Shown: in pieces, positions 18,598 through 28,985 of the stretch
Numbering within the stretch: position 1 is the stretch's first letter
Layout of the letters: each line of letters begins with the position of its first letter
From: an uncultured Gammaproteobacteria bacterium
GTDB lineage: Bacteria > Patescibacteriota > Patescibacteriia > UBA9934
DNA: 64,000 nt
Direction of reading: 5' to 3'
NCBI GenBank assembly: GCA_964582615.1
Contig: CAZORP010000003.1
Span: 2,091-66,090, forward strand
Position numbers and translations under genes: made by a program
Notes under the pieces: model-generated
What the model was told of the DNA's origin: nothing
Seen by the model: only the letters and a program-made list of their open reading frames with translations
The model's database searches: none

Positions 18598-21500
18598 CTA
18601 TTTCCAAGAAACATTCTCACTGCCAAGGTGCGATTGTAATTCCTGCATAAGTAGCAGCGACGTCTTTACCTTGTACTCTGTAATAATATTTTTCGCCTCA
18701 CCCTTAACCATGACACGAAGGTATACCGGAACATCTCCACTGTATTTCCTCAATGTTTCTCGTATCTTTGCAATGTGATCAGGTGTTGGCTGTGCGGGAA
18801 GCGTAAGCACAACCTCACGAACTCCCTGAGCTGACGTCGGATGAGCAATACTTGTCTGACGATGCTGGGAGGGGGCGTCATCCGTTGCCGTATATGACCC
18901 TTCTCGTATCTTTTGCTCTACCTCGGGAATATCCTTCTCCTCAAAAAAGAGGATGTCTTCAACGAGCAATGATCGCTCTTCTTTTTCCTCCTCTTCCCCA
19001 CCCTCGCCAGAAACCATACGCTTGCGAAGCGAAACCTTTCCCGTCACTACCACAAATCCCCCCTCGTGCAACGACATGCGAACCCTTGCATACGTCTTTG
19101 GAAAAATAACCGACTCCGCAGAAAACGAAGGATCTTCAAGACGAACGAATGCCATCGGTTCGTTTTTTGCTTTGGTAAAGATCTGCTTTATCGCACCAAT
19201 AATTCCCGAAACATGCACGATTGTTCCATCTTCGCCCGCAAGGGCTTCGCGAAGTGGCGTAATACCAGCCTTCGCAAAACGATCATGAAAGATACTTGCC
19301 GGATGAGCTGAAATGTACAATCCAAGAAGCTCTTTTTCCCAAGTAAGCACCTCACTCTTTCCAATTGGCATAGCTGGAGAAAGTTCAAGACGACGCGTTG
19401 CAAGCCCTTCTCCAAGATCAAACAACGAAGACTGATTACGCTGACGCTCCTGACTGACCTGCTTGTTAAACAATACGAGTGACTCAAGATTTGAAACCAA
19501 CTGAGCACGATCACCAAAACGATCGAGCGCTCCGCATTTCATAAGAGCTTCGAGGGTTTTTTTGTTAAATGCATGCGACTGCACTCGACTCAAAAAATCC
19601 GCAAGATCCTGATAGGCCCCCCCGCGCTTACGCTCGCGAACAATTTCTTCTGCAATTTCGGTACCAACATTTTTAATCGCCATCAGTCCCCATCGAACAT
19701 TTTTTGTCCCCTTCACCACCGCAAAGCCCGCAAACGATTCGTTGACATCCGGAGGAAGCACCGTGAGTCCAATGCGTGCACATTCTTCAACCTCAATGGT
19801 GATACGATCGATATTTCCCGCATCAGAGTTCATGAGCGCCGCCATGAAACATTCAGGATAATACGCCTTAAGGTACGCGGTTTGATATGCAATAAGCGCA
19901 TAGCACGCGGCATGCGACTTGTTAAATCCGTACGCGGCAAAGTCCTCAAGCTTTTGGAAGATTTTTTGCGCAATATCTTCACGAACACCATTTTTTACCG
20001 ATCCTTCAATAAATTTCGTCTTCATCTTCGCCATGAGTTCAGCGATCTTTTTTCCCATCGCTTTACGAAGACTGTCAGCTTCACCACCGGTAAATCCCGC
20101 CATGTCTTTTGACACCTGCATCACCTGCTCTTGGTAGACAGGAATTCCATACGTTTCACGGAATGCATTTTCCATGAGAGGGTGCTCGTAAATGACTTGC
20201 TCAATGCCGTGCTTACGACGAATAAAACTCTCGATAAACTGCATTGGTCCCGGACGATACAGCGAAACCATAGCGATAATATCTTCAAATTGTGACGGCT
20301 GAAGTTCGCGAATATATCGCTTCATTCCATCGGATTCCAACTGAAAAACTCCCGTGGTATCACCGCGTCCAAGAAGTGCGAAAGTCTCTTTATCATCAAG
20401 AGGTATGGTTTTCATGTCGATAACAACCCCATGAACCGCGCGAATAATCTCAAGCGTATCTTCGATGATGGTAAGGTTGGAAAGTCCAAGAAAGTCCATC
20501 TTCACCAATCCCGCGGCTTCTGCGGAGTTGAGTGAGTACTGTGTCACGAGCGCCGTATCTTCATGCTGACCAGCTTGAAGTGGAACGCGTTCAACAAGCG
20601 ACCTGTCGCCAATAACAAATCCACACGCGTGTTGGGACGCGTGACGAGGATTTCCTTCGATTTGTATTGCGAGATCGATAACCCTACGCGCCATCGGATT
20701 ACCGTCATACATAGCCTTAAGATCTGGAGACTCCTCAATAGCCTCCTGAAGTGGCGTATGCTTTCCCTGCACGGGAGGTGGTACTGCCTTAGCGATTTCA
20801 TCCGCTTCTTTAAACGTAAGTCCAAGAACACGCGCGGCATCGCGAACCGCAGCACGTGGCATCATGGTTCCAAACGTAATAATTCCCGCAACCCTATCGG
20901 ATCCATAGCGTTGCGTGATGTATTCAAGAACCCGACCACGACCACGGTCTGCAAAGTCGGTATCAATATCAGGCATCGAGATACGGTCCGGATTCAGAAA
21001 ACGCTCAAAGAGAAGTCCGTAACGTAGAGGATCGATATCGGTAATGCGAAGCGCGTACGCAACAAGCGACCCTGCGGCAGATCCACGACCAGGTCCAACC
21101 AAAACATCATGATCTTTTGCCCAGGTAATATAGTCCTGCACGATTAAAAAGTATGATGCAAAACCCATGCGAACAATGGTGTCGTATTCAAAGGTAAAAC
21201 GCTGAAGAACCTTTTCAGGAAGAGGATTTCCGTAGCGCTCTGCAAGTCCAGCAAGACACATTTCCCGAAGAACGTCATTATCAGTTTTTCCCTCAGGGAT
21301 TGGGTAAATGGGTAGGAAGTTTTTTCCCAATTCAAGTGCAAAAGTTACACGTTCAGCGATCCGAACGGTTGCCTCAAGAGCTTCGGGAATGTCAGAAAAA
21401 TACTCCATGATCTCTTCAGGAGTTCCAAAAGAAAGATCGACCTCTTCCGTGCTCGTTCGACGAAATTCTTCAAGTGTTCTTCCACGCTGAATACAAAGTT

Positions 21501-22170
21501 GAGCTTCATATCCCTCACGATTTTCAGGATCAAGATAGAATACATTCTTCGTTGCGACGAGAGGAACACCAAGTTCTTGAGAGAGCCTTCGAGATGCCGT
21601 ATTGACATCCACCTGACGGGGCATGTCTGGATGCGCAATGACTTCAAGAAAGTAATTCTCTTTTCCAAAAATATCCTGATACTCACGGATGAGCGTTTTT
21701 GCCTTTTCCTCATCTCCATCAACAAGTGCGCGAGAAACCTCACCAGAAACTCCCCCAGAAAGTGCAATGAGCCCCTTTGCGTGAGATCGAAGAAACGCCT
21801 TGTCAACACGAGGCTTATAGTAAAAACCCTCAAGAAATCCCGCCGTAACAATTCGTGAAAGATTGCGATATCCCTCTTCATTTTCAACGATAAGCACAAG
21901 ACGGTGAGGGCGATCATCAACCCTTGCACGCTTATCTGTCATGCCGTGCTGTGCAACATAAATATCACAACCAATAATGGGGTGAATTTCCTGATCTTTA
22001 CAAGCTTTCACAAACTCAACTACACCGTACATGTTTCCATTATCGGTAAGCGCCAGAGCTTTCATACCAAGAGCTTTTGCTCGTTTTACAAGAGCCTTTG
22101 GCTTTGGAAGGGCTTCAAGGAGTGAGTAGTGTGAATGCGTATGAAGATACACGAAATCCTTGGGGTCCAT
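18598..22170 (-). CDS. dnaE: DNA polymerase III subunit alpha
   Basis: PHP motif HTHSHYSLL, GPGRGSAAGS, MPDIDTDF, KMDFLGL and YGFNKSHA. Confidence 0.99.
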   Translation of the reverse strand: MDPKDFVYLHTHSHYSLLEALPKPKALVKRAKALGMKALALTDNGNMYGVVEFVKACKDQEIHPIIGCDIYVAQHGMTDKRARVDDRPHRLVLIVENEEGYRNLSRIVTAGFLEGFYYKPRVDKAFLRSHAKGLIALSGGVSGEVSRALVDGDEEKAKTLIREYQDIFGKENYFLEVIAHPDMPRQVDVNTASRRLSQELGVPLVATKNVFYLDPENREGYEAQLCIQRGRTLEEFRRTSTEEVDLSFGTPEEIMEYFSDIPEALEATVRIAERVTFALELGKNFLPIYPIPEGKTDNDVLREMCLAGLAERYGNPLPEKVLQRFTFEYDTIVRMGFASYFLIVQDYITWAKDHDVLVGPGRGSAAGSLVAYALRITDIDPLRYGLLFERFLNPDRISMPDIDTDFADRGRGRVLEYITQRYGSDRVAGIITFGTMMPRAAVRDAARVLGLTFKEADEIAKAVPPPVQGKHTPLQEAIEESPDLKAMYDGNPMARRVIDLAIQIEGNPRHASQHACGFVIGDRSLVERVPLQAGQHEDTALVTQYSLNSAEAAGLVKMDFLGLSNLTIIEDTLEIIRAVHGVVIDMKTIPLDDKETFALLGRGDTTGVFQLESDGMKRYIRELQPSQFEDIIAMVSLYRPGPMQFIESFIRRKHGIEQVIYEHPLMENAFRETYGIPVYQEQVMQVSKDMAGFTGGEADSLRKAMGKKIAELMAKMKTKFIEGSVKNGVREDIAQKIFQKLEDFAAYGFNKSHAACYALIAYQTAYLKAYYPECFMAALMNSDAGNIDRITIEVEECARIGLTVLPPDVNESFAGFAVVKGTKNVRWGLMAIKNVGTEIAEEIVRERKRGGAYQDLADFLSRVQSHAFNKKTLEALMKCGALDRFGDRAQLVSNLESLVLFNKQVSQERQRNQSSLFDLGEGLATRRLELSPAMPIGKSEVLTWEKELLGLYISAHPASIFHDRFAKAGITPLREALAGEDGTIVHVSGIIGAIKQIFTKAKNEPMAFVRLEDPSFSAESVIFPKTYARVRMSLHEGGFVVVTGKVSLRKRMVSGEGGEEEEKEERSLLVEDILFFEEKDIPEVEQKIREGSYTATDDAPSQHRQTSIAHPTSAQGVREVVLTLPAQPTPDHIAKIRETLRKYSGDVPVYLRVMVKGEAKNIITEYKVKTSLLLMQELQSHLGSENVSWK

Positions 22171-22202
22171 AATCGCAAAGAGGGTACCAGAAAAACACAA
22201 AT

Positions 22203-22232
22203 AAAAAAACCGCCCCAAACGGGGCGGTTTTT
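22203..22232 (-). terminator. intrinsic terminator after rplL
   Basis: CCGCCCC-loop-GGGGCGG hairpin flanked by A/T tracts. Confidence 0.8.
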
Positions 22233-22237
22233 AAGGC

Positions 22238-22639
22238 TTATTTCAAGGTAACCTTTGCACCTGCTGCTTCGAGCTTGGACTTCATGTCTTCTGCTTCTGC
22301 CTTGGATGCGTTCTCCTTTACTGCCTTTGGAGCTGCGTCAACGATATCCTTAGCCTCCTTAAGGCCAAGACCGGTGAGCTCACGAACAACCTTGATCACG
22401 TTGATCTTGTTGTCGCCAGCGGAAGTGATTTCAACCGTGAAGGAAGACTTCTCTTCTGCTGCTGCGCCTGCTGCTGCAGCTGGTGCTGCCATCATCATTG
22501 CAGGAGCTGCTGCGGAAACGCCGAACTTGTCTTCGAGAACCTTTACAAGTTCTGCGAGGTCAAGAACCGTCATCTTTTCAATGGATTCTACAAGTGCCTT
22601 GAATTTCTCTGGCACTTCAACATTTTTCATTTCGGACAT
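22238..22639 (-). CDS. rplL: 50S ribosomal protein L7/L12
   Basis: KFGVSAAA and [21 protein letters not shown] motifs. Confidence 0.99.
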   Translation of the reverse strand: MSEMKNVEVPEKFKALVESIEKMTVLDLAELVKVLEDKFGVSAAAPAMMMAAPAAAAGAAAEEKSSFTVEITSAGDNKINVIKVVRELTGLGLKEAKDIVDAAPKAVKENASKAEAEDMKSKLEAAGAKVTLK

Positions 22640-22663
22640 AAGAACGTATTAAGTGTGAACGAA

Positions 22664-23188
22664 TTATGCTTGCTTGTCTTGTACCGCTTTAATAACGGTA
22701 ACAAGTCCGCGCAAGTTTCCTGCAAGAACGTTAACAAATCCAGAAACTGGAGCGTTAAGTGTTCCAACCAATTGTCCAAGAAGTTGCTCTTTGGAAGGAA
22801 GATCAGCCAAACGCTTCACTTCATCACCGCCAACGAATGCACCTTCAAGAACACCTGCGAGCAATGTGACGGTTTGCTTCTCTTTCGAGAATTCCTTCAA
22901 AAGCTTCGCCGCTGCCACTTCATCGGTATACGATACCGCAACGAGAATGGAGCCATCGAGTGCATCGCGAGAAACCCCGCGAACGCCTGCATCTTCTGCA
23001 GCGCGAACGAGCAAAGTTTTCTTTGCAACGAATACATCGATATTTTTCTCCGCAGCTTTCGCGCGGAGCTTGTCTGCATCGGCCATGGTGTAACCCATTG
23101 CCTGAGAAAATGCAGCACCTTTCATACGCTTCAAGCGATCAGTCATCTTTGCAACGACGTCTGCTTTTTGTGCGCGTGTTTTTGCCAT
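22664..23188 (-). CDS. rplJ: 50S ribosomal protein L10
   Basis: VAKKTLL and LADLPSKEQLLGQLVGTLNAP motifs; lies upstream of rplL. Confidence 0.98.
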   Translation of the reverse strand: MAKTRAQKADVVAKMTDRLKRMKGAAFSQAMGYTMADADKLRAKAAEKNIDVFVAKKTLLVRAAEDAGVRGVSRDALDGSILVAVSYTDEVAAAKLLKEFSKEKQTVTLLAGVLEGAFVGGDEVKRLADLPSKEQLLGQLVGTLNAPVSGFVNVLAGNLRGLVTVIKAVQDKQA

Positions 23189-23220
23189 AAAATATGGGGT
23201 TATCTGAACAATCGACCTTT

Positions 23221-23345
23221 AAAAAAAGAAAACGGCCATGCGAAATGGTCGGGATCTCACAAAAACCGAAAGGTTTTAGCGAATTCTCGGTAGGAAATTA
23301 TGTGTGTTTTCTCCACACGTCCTACTTTCTGCGAATTTCGATGGT
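23221..23345 (-). promoter_or_regulatory. L10 leader RNA with downstream terminator-like hairpin
   Basis: GCAGAAAGUAGG...AUAAUUUCCUACCGAG resembles the L10_leader core; followed by CGACCAU-UUCGC-AUGGCCG and a U tract. Confidence 0.75.
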
Positions 23346-23351
23346 GCCAAG

Positions 23352-23380
23352 AGTATAAAGGCTTTTCCATAGGACGTCAA
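23352..23380 (-). promoter_or_regulatory. promoter for rplJL
   Basis: Minus strand TTGACG-17 nt-TATACT. Confidence 0.75.
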
Positions 23381-23481
23381 CCCCTAATCCATAACATTCT
23401 CACCGCAAAAAAATTCCCAAGATAAGCCAAAATCTTGACTTTTTTCAAAAAATCTGCTATAAAGAGGAGGTTTTTATTTTT

Positions 23482-23513
23482 TGCCACATCACCACGTGAT
23501 GTGGCATTTTTTT
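23482..23513 (+). terminator. orphan plus-strand terminator hairpin
   Basis: TGCCACATCAC-cac-GTGATGTGGCA followed by T7. Confidence 0.6.
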
Positions 23514-23529
23514 GCTAATTTCAGCAAAA

Positions 23530-24219
23530 TTATGAAATTATCGTCCCTTCACACATTCCCGCAGTAAGATACATCAACAACGGCTCCATTCTTGCACCTT
23601 GCATAATAAGCGCCCGCAAACCATGACGCTCACAAAAGCGTGCGGCGATGGGATCAAATGGCGCAGAAAGCCCAGGACTCCACGTCGAACCAACCATGCC
23701 TCGATAAACCTTCCAAGAAACTTCATCAAGCGGCGTTGCAGAAGGATCTTTCTTGGGATCGGCACTATACACCTTGGCAACATTTGAAAGATTGATAACC
23801 GACGTTGCGCCAAGTTTTTTCGCAATTCGACACGCAACATAATCAGTGCTCCACCCGGGCTTCCACCCTGCCGCAACCAATACCTTGCCTTGCCACAAAG
23901 AAACCTGCGGTGTTGCAAGAGGATTCTTTATTACCACAGGATGAGCTACATCACGAAGAATGGTGCGCAGAAGGTGGCCATTAAGTCGCGTTGCGTGAAT
24001 ACCAAGCCAATCAAGGTCATCGGGACAGAGTTCCTGAACCTCTCGTGCGGCATCGATGTAGACACGAGCTGTCTTCCCTCCCCCCGTTACAAGAACAAAG
24101 GTGTCTCCACGCTGTAAAGAGCCCAAAATGACATCACGAAACGCGCGTAAGAATGCGCTATTTGGTTTATCCTGAGGAACAAGTAGCGATCCGCCCACCG
24201 AGATAACATGTAAAGCCAT
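23530..24219 (-). CDS. pyrH: UMP kinase, archaeal type
   Basis: ISVGGS, VTGGGKTARVY, DWLGIHATRLN, PGWSTD, VYSADP and PFDPIA motifs. Confidence 0.95.
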   Translation of the reverse strand: MALHVISVGGSLLVPQDKPNSAFLRAFRDVILGSLQRGDTFVLVTGGGKTARVYIDAAREVQELCPDDLDWLGIHATRLNGHLLRTILRDVAHPVVIKNPLATPQVSLWQGKVLVAAGWKPGWSTDYVACRIAKKLGATSVINLSNVAKVYSADPKKDPSATPLDEVSWKVYRGMVGSTWSPGLSAPFDPIAARFCERHGLRALIMQGARMEPLLMYLTAGMCEGTIIS

Positions 24220-24235
24220 AAGAAAAAAACGAGCT

Positions 24236-24598
24236 CTAGGAAAGAGCTCGTTCGTTATCGGAATGAAGAAATGCACCGGTAAGCACGCTCACCGCCCATA
24301 CAAACAACGCCGCCATGAGCGCTGGCCAAAAACCAGCAATGCTCACACCTTTTACAAAGGAGCTCATGAACCACATGAGAAGTCCGTTGATAACAAATGA
24401 GAAGAGCCCAAGTGTCACCACGGTAAGCGGCAATGTAAGAACAAAGAGAATTGGACGAACAAGCGCATTGAGAAGTCCAAGTACCGCCGCGGCCACAAGA
24501 GCCGCATACCAAGTTTCAACAATAAAACCATGGATAAGCTGAGTTGCTGCAAGAAGAGCCGATGCATTAATAACCCAACGAAGAAGAAGCTTTATCAT
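24236..24598 (-). CDS. 4-TM phage holin family (YvlD-like) membrane protein
   Basis: LGLLNALVRPILFVLTLPLTVVTLGLFSFVING signature. Confidence 0.9.
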   Translation of the reverse strand: MIKLLLRWVINASALLAATQLIHGFIVETWYAALVAAAVLGLLNALVRPILFVLTLPLTVVTLGLFSFVINGLLMWFMSSFVKGVSIAGFWPALMAALFVWAVSVLTGAFLHSDNERALS

Positions 24599-24843
24599 AG
24601 CGATGTGGAGGTTTCTGCCTGATCTTCCGAAGAAGGCGCGGAAGATTCATACGATTCTTTAAGACGAACAACAACATTCTCTACCTCTTCAAGTCTCGAA
24701 CGACATTGCGCGGCAAGCACAAGCGCTCGTTCATATTTTTTTAAACCCTCATCAAGGTCAATTTCTCCGCGCTCGAACCACGCGGTAATTTCCTCAAGTT
24801 CATGAAGGGCATCGCGAAATGCTAAAGTTTTTTTTGTAGCCAT
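24595..24843 (-). CDS. xseB: exodeoxyribonuclease VII small subunit
   Basis: LEEITAWFERGEIDLDEGLKKYE motif; follows xseA. Confidence 0.93.
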   Translation of the reverse strand: MATKKTLAFRDALHELEEITAWFERGEIDLDEGLKKYERALVLAAQCRSRLEEVENVVVRLKESYESSAPSSEDQAETSTSL

Positions 24844-24846
24844 AAA

Positions 24847-26058
24847 CTAAAATTCAAGACGATGCTGTTTTGGAGTATGCGAAACGTTTGCAGTTGCACG
24901 TAGCGTACCTTCCGCAAATTGTAGCGAAAGATCCTCACCATTCGCAACTCCTTCGGGGGATGAGAGCACTTTTCCCTGTGCATTACGAACAATGCTATAC
25001 CCTCTCGAAAGAAGGGCTCGGGGATTAACGCCCTCAAGCAAACGAAGCGTCCCCAAGAGCCTTCCCCTTGTTTCCAAGCGATACGTCGAAAAAGCCCGAT
25101 CAATATGAGTCACTCTATTTGAGATGCGCTCGAACATACCAAGTCTTGCGCGATCAACCATGAACAAGGCCCGATCAATCGCCCCTCGATGCGCATGGAT
25201 CGCTCGCGTGAGTCGAAGATGATTTTGTGCAAGATAGTGTTCAAGATCGCGCGAAAGCTCCCCCCTTGCAGGAACAAGGCGCTCAGCCGCATTGGAGGGA
25301 GTTGAAGCTCGAACATCAGCCACAAAGTCACATAGCGTTTCATCACGCTCGTGACCAACGCCAACAATGACCGGAATTGGTGAGGAAAAAATAGCTCGTA
25401 CAACGCGCTCATCATTAAACGCGTGGAGCTCTTCAAGTCCCCCGCCCCCACGAGTAAGCACAAGAACTTCCGGACGCTCATCCTCAGAGAGTCGCGAGAA
25501 GTGCGCAAACGCTTGAACGATCTCCTCGACGGCATATTGTCCCTGAACATGAACATCCTTATGAAGTACCGTTATGCCGCCCATACGATCACCAAGAATG
25601 CGCAAAAAATCTCCGTACGCCGCCGCTTCTCGAGAAGTAATTAAACCGATACGTTCAGGAAATTTTGGCAGACTTCGCTTTCTTGAAGAAGAAAAGAGTC
25701 CCTCTTTTTCAAGAGATGCCTTAAGCGCAAGGTAAGCCTTCTGAAGAGCGCCCTCGCCCACCAACTCCACCGAATCAACGGTCAGTGAAAACTTTCCAAA
25801 GCGAGCAAACACCGAAGGAAAGCCAGCAACTCGAACTCTCATGCCATCCGCAAGCTGTGGAAGTCCCTTGAACGTTGTAGCAAAGCAAGGAACACGAGCA
25901 TCGGCTTGCTCGTCTTTAAGCGTAAACGTGATCCATTTTTGCTGAGCTATTTTATATTCAGCAACCTCCCCCTCAATAAGAAAAGCTCCGCTTGGAATCA
26001 TGCCGAGCGTGTCATTAACAAGCGTGAGAAATTGCTGAACCGAAAGCAGTGGGGGCAT
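24847..26058 (-). CDS. xseA: exodeoxyribonuclease VII large subunit
   Basis: RIGLITS, RGGGG, GVGHERD, RASTPSNAAE and LSRGYSI motifs. Confidence 0.97.
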   Translation of the reverse strand: MPPLLSVQQFLTLVNDTLGMIPSGAFLIEGEVAEYKIAQQKWITFTLKDEQADARVPCFATTFKGLPQLADGMRVRVAGFPSVFARFGKFSLTVDSVELVGEGALQKAYLALKASLEKEGLFSSSRKRSLPKFPERIGLITSREAAAYGDFLRILGDRMGGITVLHKDVHVQGQYAVEEIVQAFAHFSRLSEDERPEVLVLTRGGGGLEELHAFNDERVVRAIFSSPIPVIVGVGHERDETLCDFVADVRASTPSNAAERLVPARGELSRDLEHYLAQNHLRLTRAIHAHRGAIDRALFMVDRARLGMFERISNRVTHIDRAFSTYRLETRGRLLGTLRLLEGVNPRALLSRGYSIVRNAQGKVLSSPEGVANGEDLSLQFAEGTLRATANVSHTPKQHRLEF

Positions 26059-26059
26059 A

Positions 26060-26938
26060 TTATTTTACAACAAGCACACGACGCAGATCCGGATTTGGAG
26101 CACCATCATGCCAATCAGCAATAGCTTTCATGATGCGATCGCGCGGATACTGATACGCTTCTCCGTGACGCGTTCCTGGATCATTGGCAATGAACGTTGT
26201 TGCCGTGTACCCACGCAAAACAAGCATGTGATACACGGGGCCCTCGCCCGAGAAAAAGGGATTCTGCAACTGCCGACCAAGCGCTGGAACGATAATGGGA
26301 TTTCCTGCGGCTATGTAACGCGCAAGCGTTTCTTCGCTTGGATTTTCAAGAATCTCAACAGTTCTTGATGTTTTTTCCTGGGCAATTTTAGCAAGATCTT
26401 CAAGGGAAATACTTGGACCCATGCCAAGCGCTGTTTCGCGTGCAACAAATGACAGGAGAAGAAATCTTTCAGCTTCTGGATTTTTTTCGTAGGTAAACGT
26501 GGAGTCTTTGTAGGCAAGAACCATGGCAAGCGAAGCTTCTTCGCAGGTTTCTTCAGTGATGTCATCCCAAACTCCCGTTGGAGCCTGGACCATGAACGGA
26601 ACATCAAGAAGAACCTCTTCAGGAATTTGAGGAATCTCCTCCACGGATTCACCACTACCCGTCTGAGAATCCTCCACCGCAACGCTTTCTTTCTCCCAAG
26701 AAGGATTCTCTTCTAAGGAAGGCTGTACGCTATCGGACTCTATTTTTTCTTCAGCAAGCGGTACAAAATCATCTTCTTGAGTAAGTTCAGGAAGTGAATC
26801 CGAAAGCTTTACCACGCGTGGCGTGGTAAAAAAGGCGTACATTTTAAGGACAAGGGATGCGACAAGCATGATGCCAAGACCAATAAGCGCGTGATTGCGC
26901 GAAATGGGGCGCTTTTCCCTTGGGGCAATTCTTAACAT
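26060..26938 (-). CDS. membrane-anchored C39-family cysteine peptidase
   Basis: N-terminal TM; VPFMVQAP, CEEAS, HMLVLRGY and NDPG motifs. Confidence 0.85.
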   Translation of the reverse strand: MLRIAPREKRPISRNHALIGLGIMLVASLVLKMYAFFTTPRVVKLSDSLPELTQEDDFVPLAEEKIESDSVQPSLEENPSWEKESVAVEDSQTGSGESVEEIPQIPEEVLLDVPFMVQAPTGVWDDITEETCEEASLAMVLAYKDSTFTYEKNPEAERFLLLSFVARETALGMGPSISLEDLAKIAQEKTSRTVEILENPSEETLARYIAAGNPIIVPALGRQLQNPFFSGEGPVYHMLVLRGYTATTFIANDPGTRHGEAYQYPRDRIMKAIADWHDGAPNPDLRRVLVVK

Positions 26939-26941
26939 AGG

Positions 26942-28324
26942 TTATTTAGCGTGACGCTGGGCAAAACGCAAAACATGCAACGTTGCACGAACATCGTCTT
27001 CATTATACTGAAGAACATCTTCAAGCGCAGAAGCGTCCGCAGATCGCAACCATGACTCATACCACAAAACCGAATTCAAACCAGAAGCATCCTCCCTTCT
27101 CCACGAAAAACCCGAGAACTGAGCAATATCTTTTAGCGAGTAGAATGAGAGTGGAAAAATAAGCGATTCTCGCAAGCGAACAAGAAGATCAACACCCTGC
27201 TCTGCCAAAAGCGCAAGTTTTTCCTTATCGGTTCCATACTTTTCTCCAAGTTGAAGAAACGTGTCCTGTTCACTCCATCCGTAGTGATAGATAGGGTATC
27301 CAATGTACGACGACATGAACGATACAAAATCCTCCCAAGCTTTCTGCTCCTGGGAAGGATCTTTCGCGAGAAACGCTTTATATGTTGCCGTATCTCCATC
27401 AACAATAAGAACACCAAAAAGATAGTCGCAATCGCGCAAAGGATCGCTCTCAATATCCACCACAAGGAACGTTTCCGAGGCGGGAAGATCGATAGGGTGC
27501 AGAACATGGACACGTCCGGACACAAGCGAGCGCGCCTGAAGAAGAAGAATTTTTATACGATCACGCGTGATACCGGAAACTTTTCGAAAAACCTCATCCT
27601 CAGAAAGATCCGCAAGTCCCGAAACCGTGGAAATTCCCCCTTCTTTAAGGGCAGTTACTTCATGCTTCCAAACACGATTCAATCGAGAGAGATCGTCACA
27701 TCCAAATGCATCCGCCTTGCACGCGGAAAACCAAGGCGACTGTTTGCAGTCCGACGTAAGAAAGTGAGGTTCTTCTTCGCCGTCAAGAAGCGCAAGAATG
27801 GCGTTCTTTGTAAGCCGGTAGTTCACTTCGTATTCATCAATATTGTACGAAGAAACCGTACCGTTTGCATGAAGAATGTAGCCCTGTACCGGACTCCTTC
27901 CCTGCACCTGCTTCAATGCTTCCGCATAAAAACATCCTTGCATTTTATATTCAGGCTTTACATGACGAGATCGCTTAATATCTCCCGCGACATAGTAGTG
28001 AGAACCGAGATCCGAGGCCCCTTCAATACGTTCAAGAAAATCAGGCTGAACAAGGTGCTGTTTAAGTGAAAATGTTGGGCGATAAATCGTCTGCACGCCC
28101 TGCCGCATATAGGCAAGCGTTTCTTGCATCGCGGCATCAACATCTTCCGCGAGTACCGTTGCAATTGAAGTTCCACGTGCACGAAGAACTTCTTCTTCTT
28201 TTTCAGGAAGAAGTCCATCTTCTTGCAGGCGTAAACGAAGCGCGTCCTCATCGTGCGGATGAGGACCGTGACGTATCCAAGAAGGACACTTGGTATATTG
28301 ATAGAAACTTCGTTTAGTAAGCAC
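26942..28324 (-). CDS. TM0106-family RecB-like nuclease with C-terminal RNase H-like domain
   Basis: PDFL..DIK..Q...Y nuclease motif; DIESDP, YSLKDIA and YNEDDV. GTG start. Confidence 0.88.
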   Translation of the reverse strand: MLTKRSFYQYTKCPSWIRHGPHPHDEDALRLRLQEDGLLPEKEEEVLRARGTSIATVLAEDVDAAMQETLAYMRQGVQTIYRPTFSLKQHLVQPDFLERIEGASDLGSHYYVAGDIKRSRHVKPEYKMQGCFYAEALKQVQGRSPVQGYILHANGTVSSYNIDEYEVNYRLTKNAILALLDGEEEPHFLTSDCKQSPWFSACKADAFGCDDLSRLNRVWKHEVTALKEGGISTVSGLADLSEDEVFRKVSGITRDRIKILLLQARSLVSGRVHVLHPIDLPASETFLVVDIESDPLRDCDYLFGVLIVDGDTATYKAFLAKDPSQEQKAWEDFVSFMSSYIGYPIYHYGWSEQDTFLQLGEKYGTDKEKLALLAEQGVDLLVRLRESLIFPLSFYSLKDIAQFSGFSWRREDASGLNSVLWYESWLRSADASALEDVLQYNEDDVRATLHVLRFAQRHAK

Positions 28325-28329
28325 GGGAT

Positions 28330-28983
28330 TTATTCAGCATCCTCAACAACGACCGTCTGCATGACATCACCAACCTTAATACGGTCAACAACCTCCATTC
28401 CTGAAACAACTTCCCCAAAAATGGAGTAAGCCTTTGGGAGCGGAACATCGTCAAGCATCACAAAGAACTGACTTCCATTGGTTCCACGGCCACCACGAAC
28501 ACCAGCATTTGCCATAGCTACAATACCGCGCTTGTAGGTGTAGTCATCATCAACTTCATCATCAAATGCGTACCCCGGTCCACCCGTTCCATTTCCACGT
28601 GGATCACCTCCTTGAATAACAAAACCCTCCTCTCGGCGATGGAATGTAAGCCCATTGTAATAGCCACCCTCGGCGAGATAGATGAAGTTTGAAACCGTTA
28701 CAGGAGCGGTTTCTGGGAAGAGACGGATAACGATATCACCGTATGTTGTTGTGATGCGAACCTGCTTATTTTCAATGCGATCAGCAGGAAGTACACCCTG
28801 AAATGTCCATGTCTGCATAGGTTGTTGATCACCTTCTTGCGCGGCGGCAGAAGATGGTGAAGATTCTTGTGGCACGGATGGTACCTCTTCTTTAGGAGAA
28901 AAGGCAACAGGACTTACCGAACATCCAGCCCCAAGAAGAAGAAGCGCCGCACCACTTGCAAACGATGCCCAAAGTGAACGCAT
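28330..28983 (-). CDS. cyclophilin-type peptidyl-prolyl isomerase, lipoprotein-like signal
   Basis: LLGAGC lipobox; FHR..GFVIQGGDP and AMANAG..TNGSQFF motifs. Confidence 0.95.
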   Translation of the reverse strand: MRSLWASFASGAALLLLGAGCSVSPVAFSPKEEVPSVPQESSPSSAAAQEGDQQPMQTWTFQGVLPADRIENKQVRITTTYGDIVIRLFPETAPVTVSNFIYLAEGGYYNGLTFHRREEGFVIQGGDPRGNGTGGPGYAFDDEVDDDYTYKRGIVAMANAGVRGGRGTNGSQFFVMLDDVPLPKAYSIFGEVVSGMEVVDRIKVGDVMQTVVVEDAE

Positions 28984-28985
28984 AC

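Noticed and set aside
17336-24598. Prophage suggested by baseplate-J-like and holin-family genes
   Set aside because: The two genes are separated by housekeeping genes, and there are no integrase, terminase, capsid or tail genes.
27251-28069. 272-aa plus-strand ORF and other long antisense ORFs (e.g. 22655-23293, 3801-4427)
   Set aside because: Shadow frames of well-supported genes, with no recognisable motifs.
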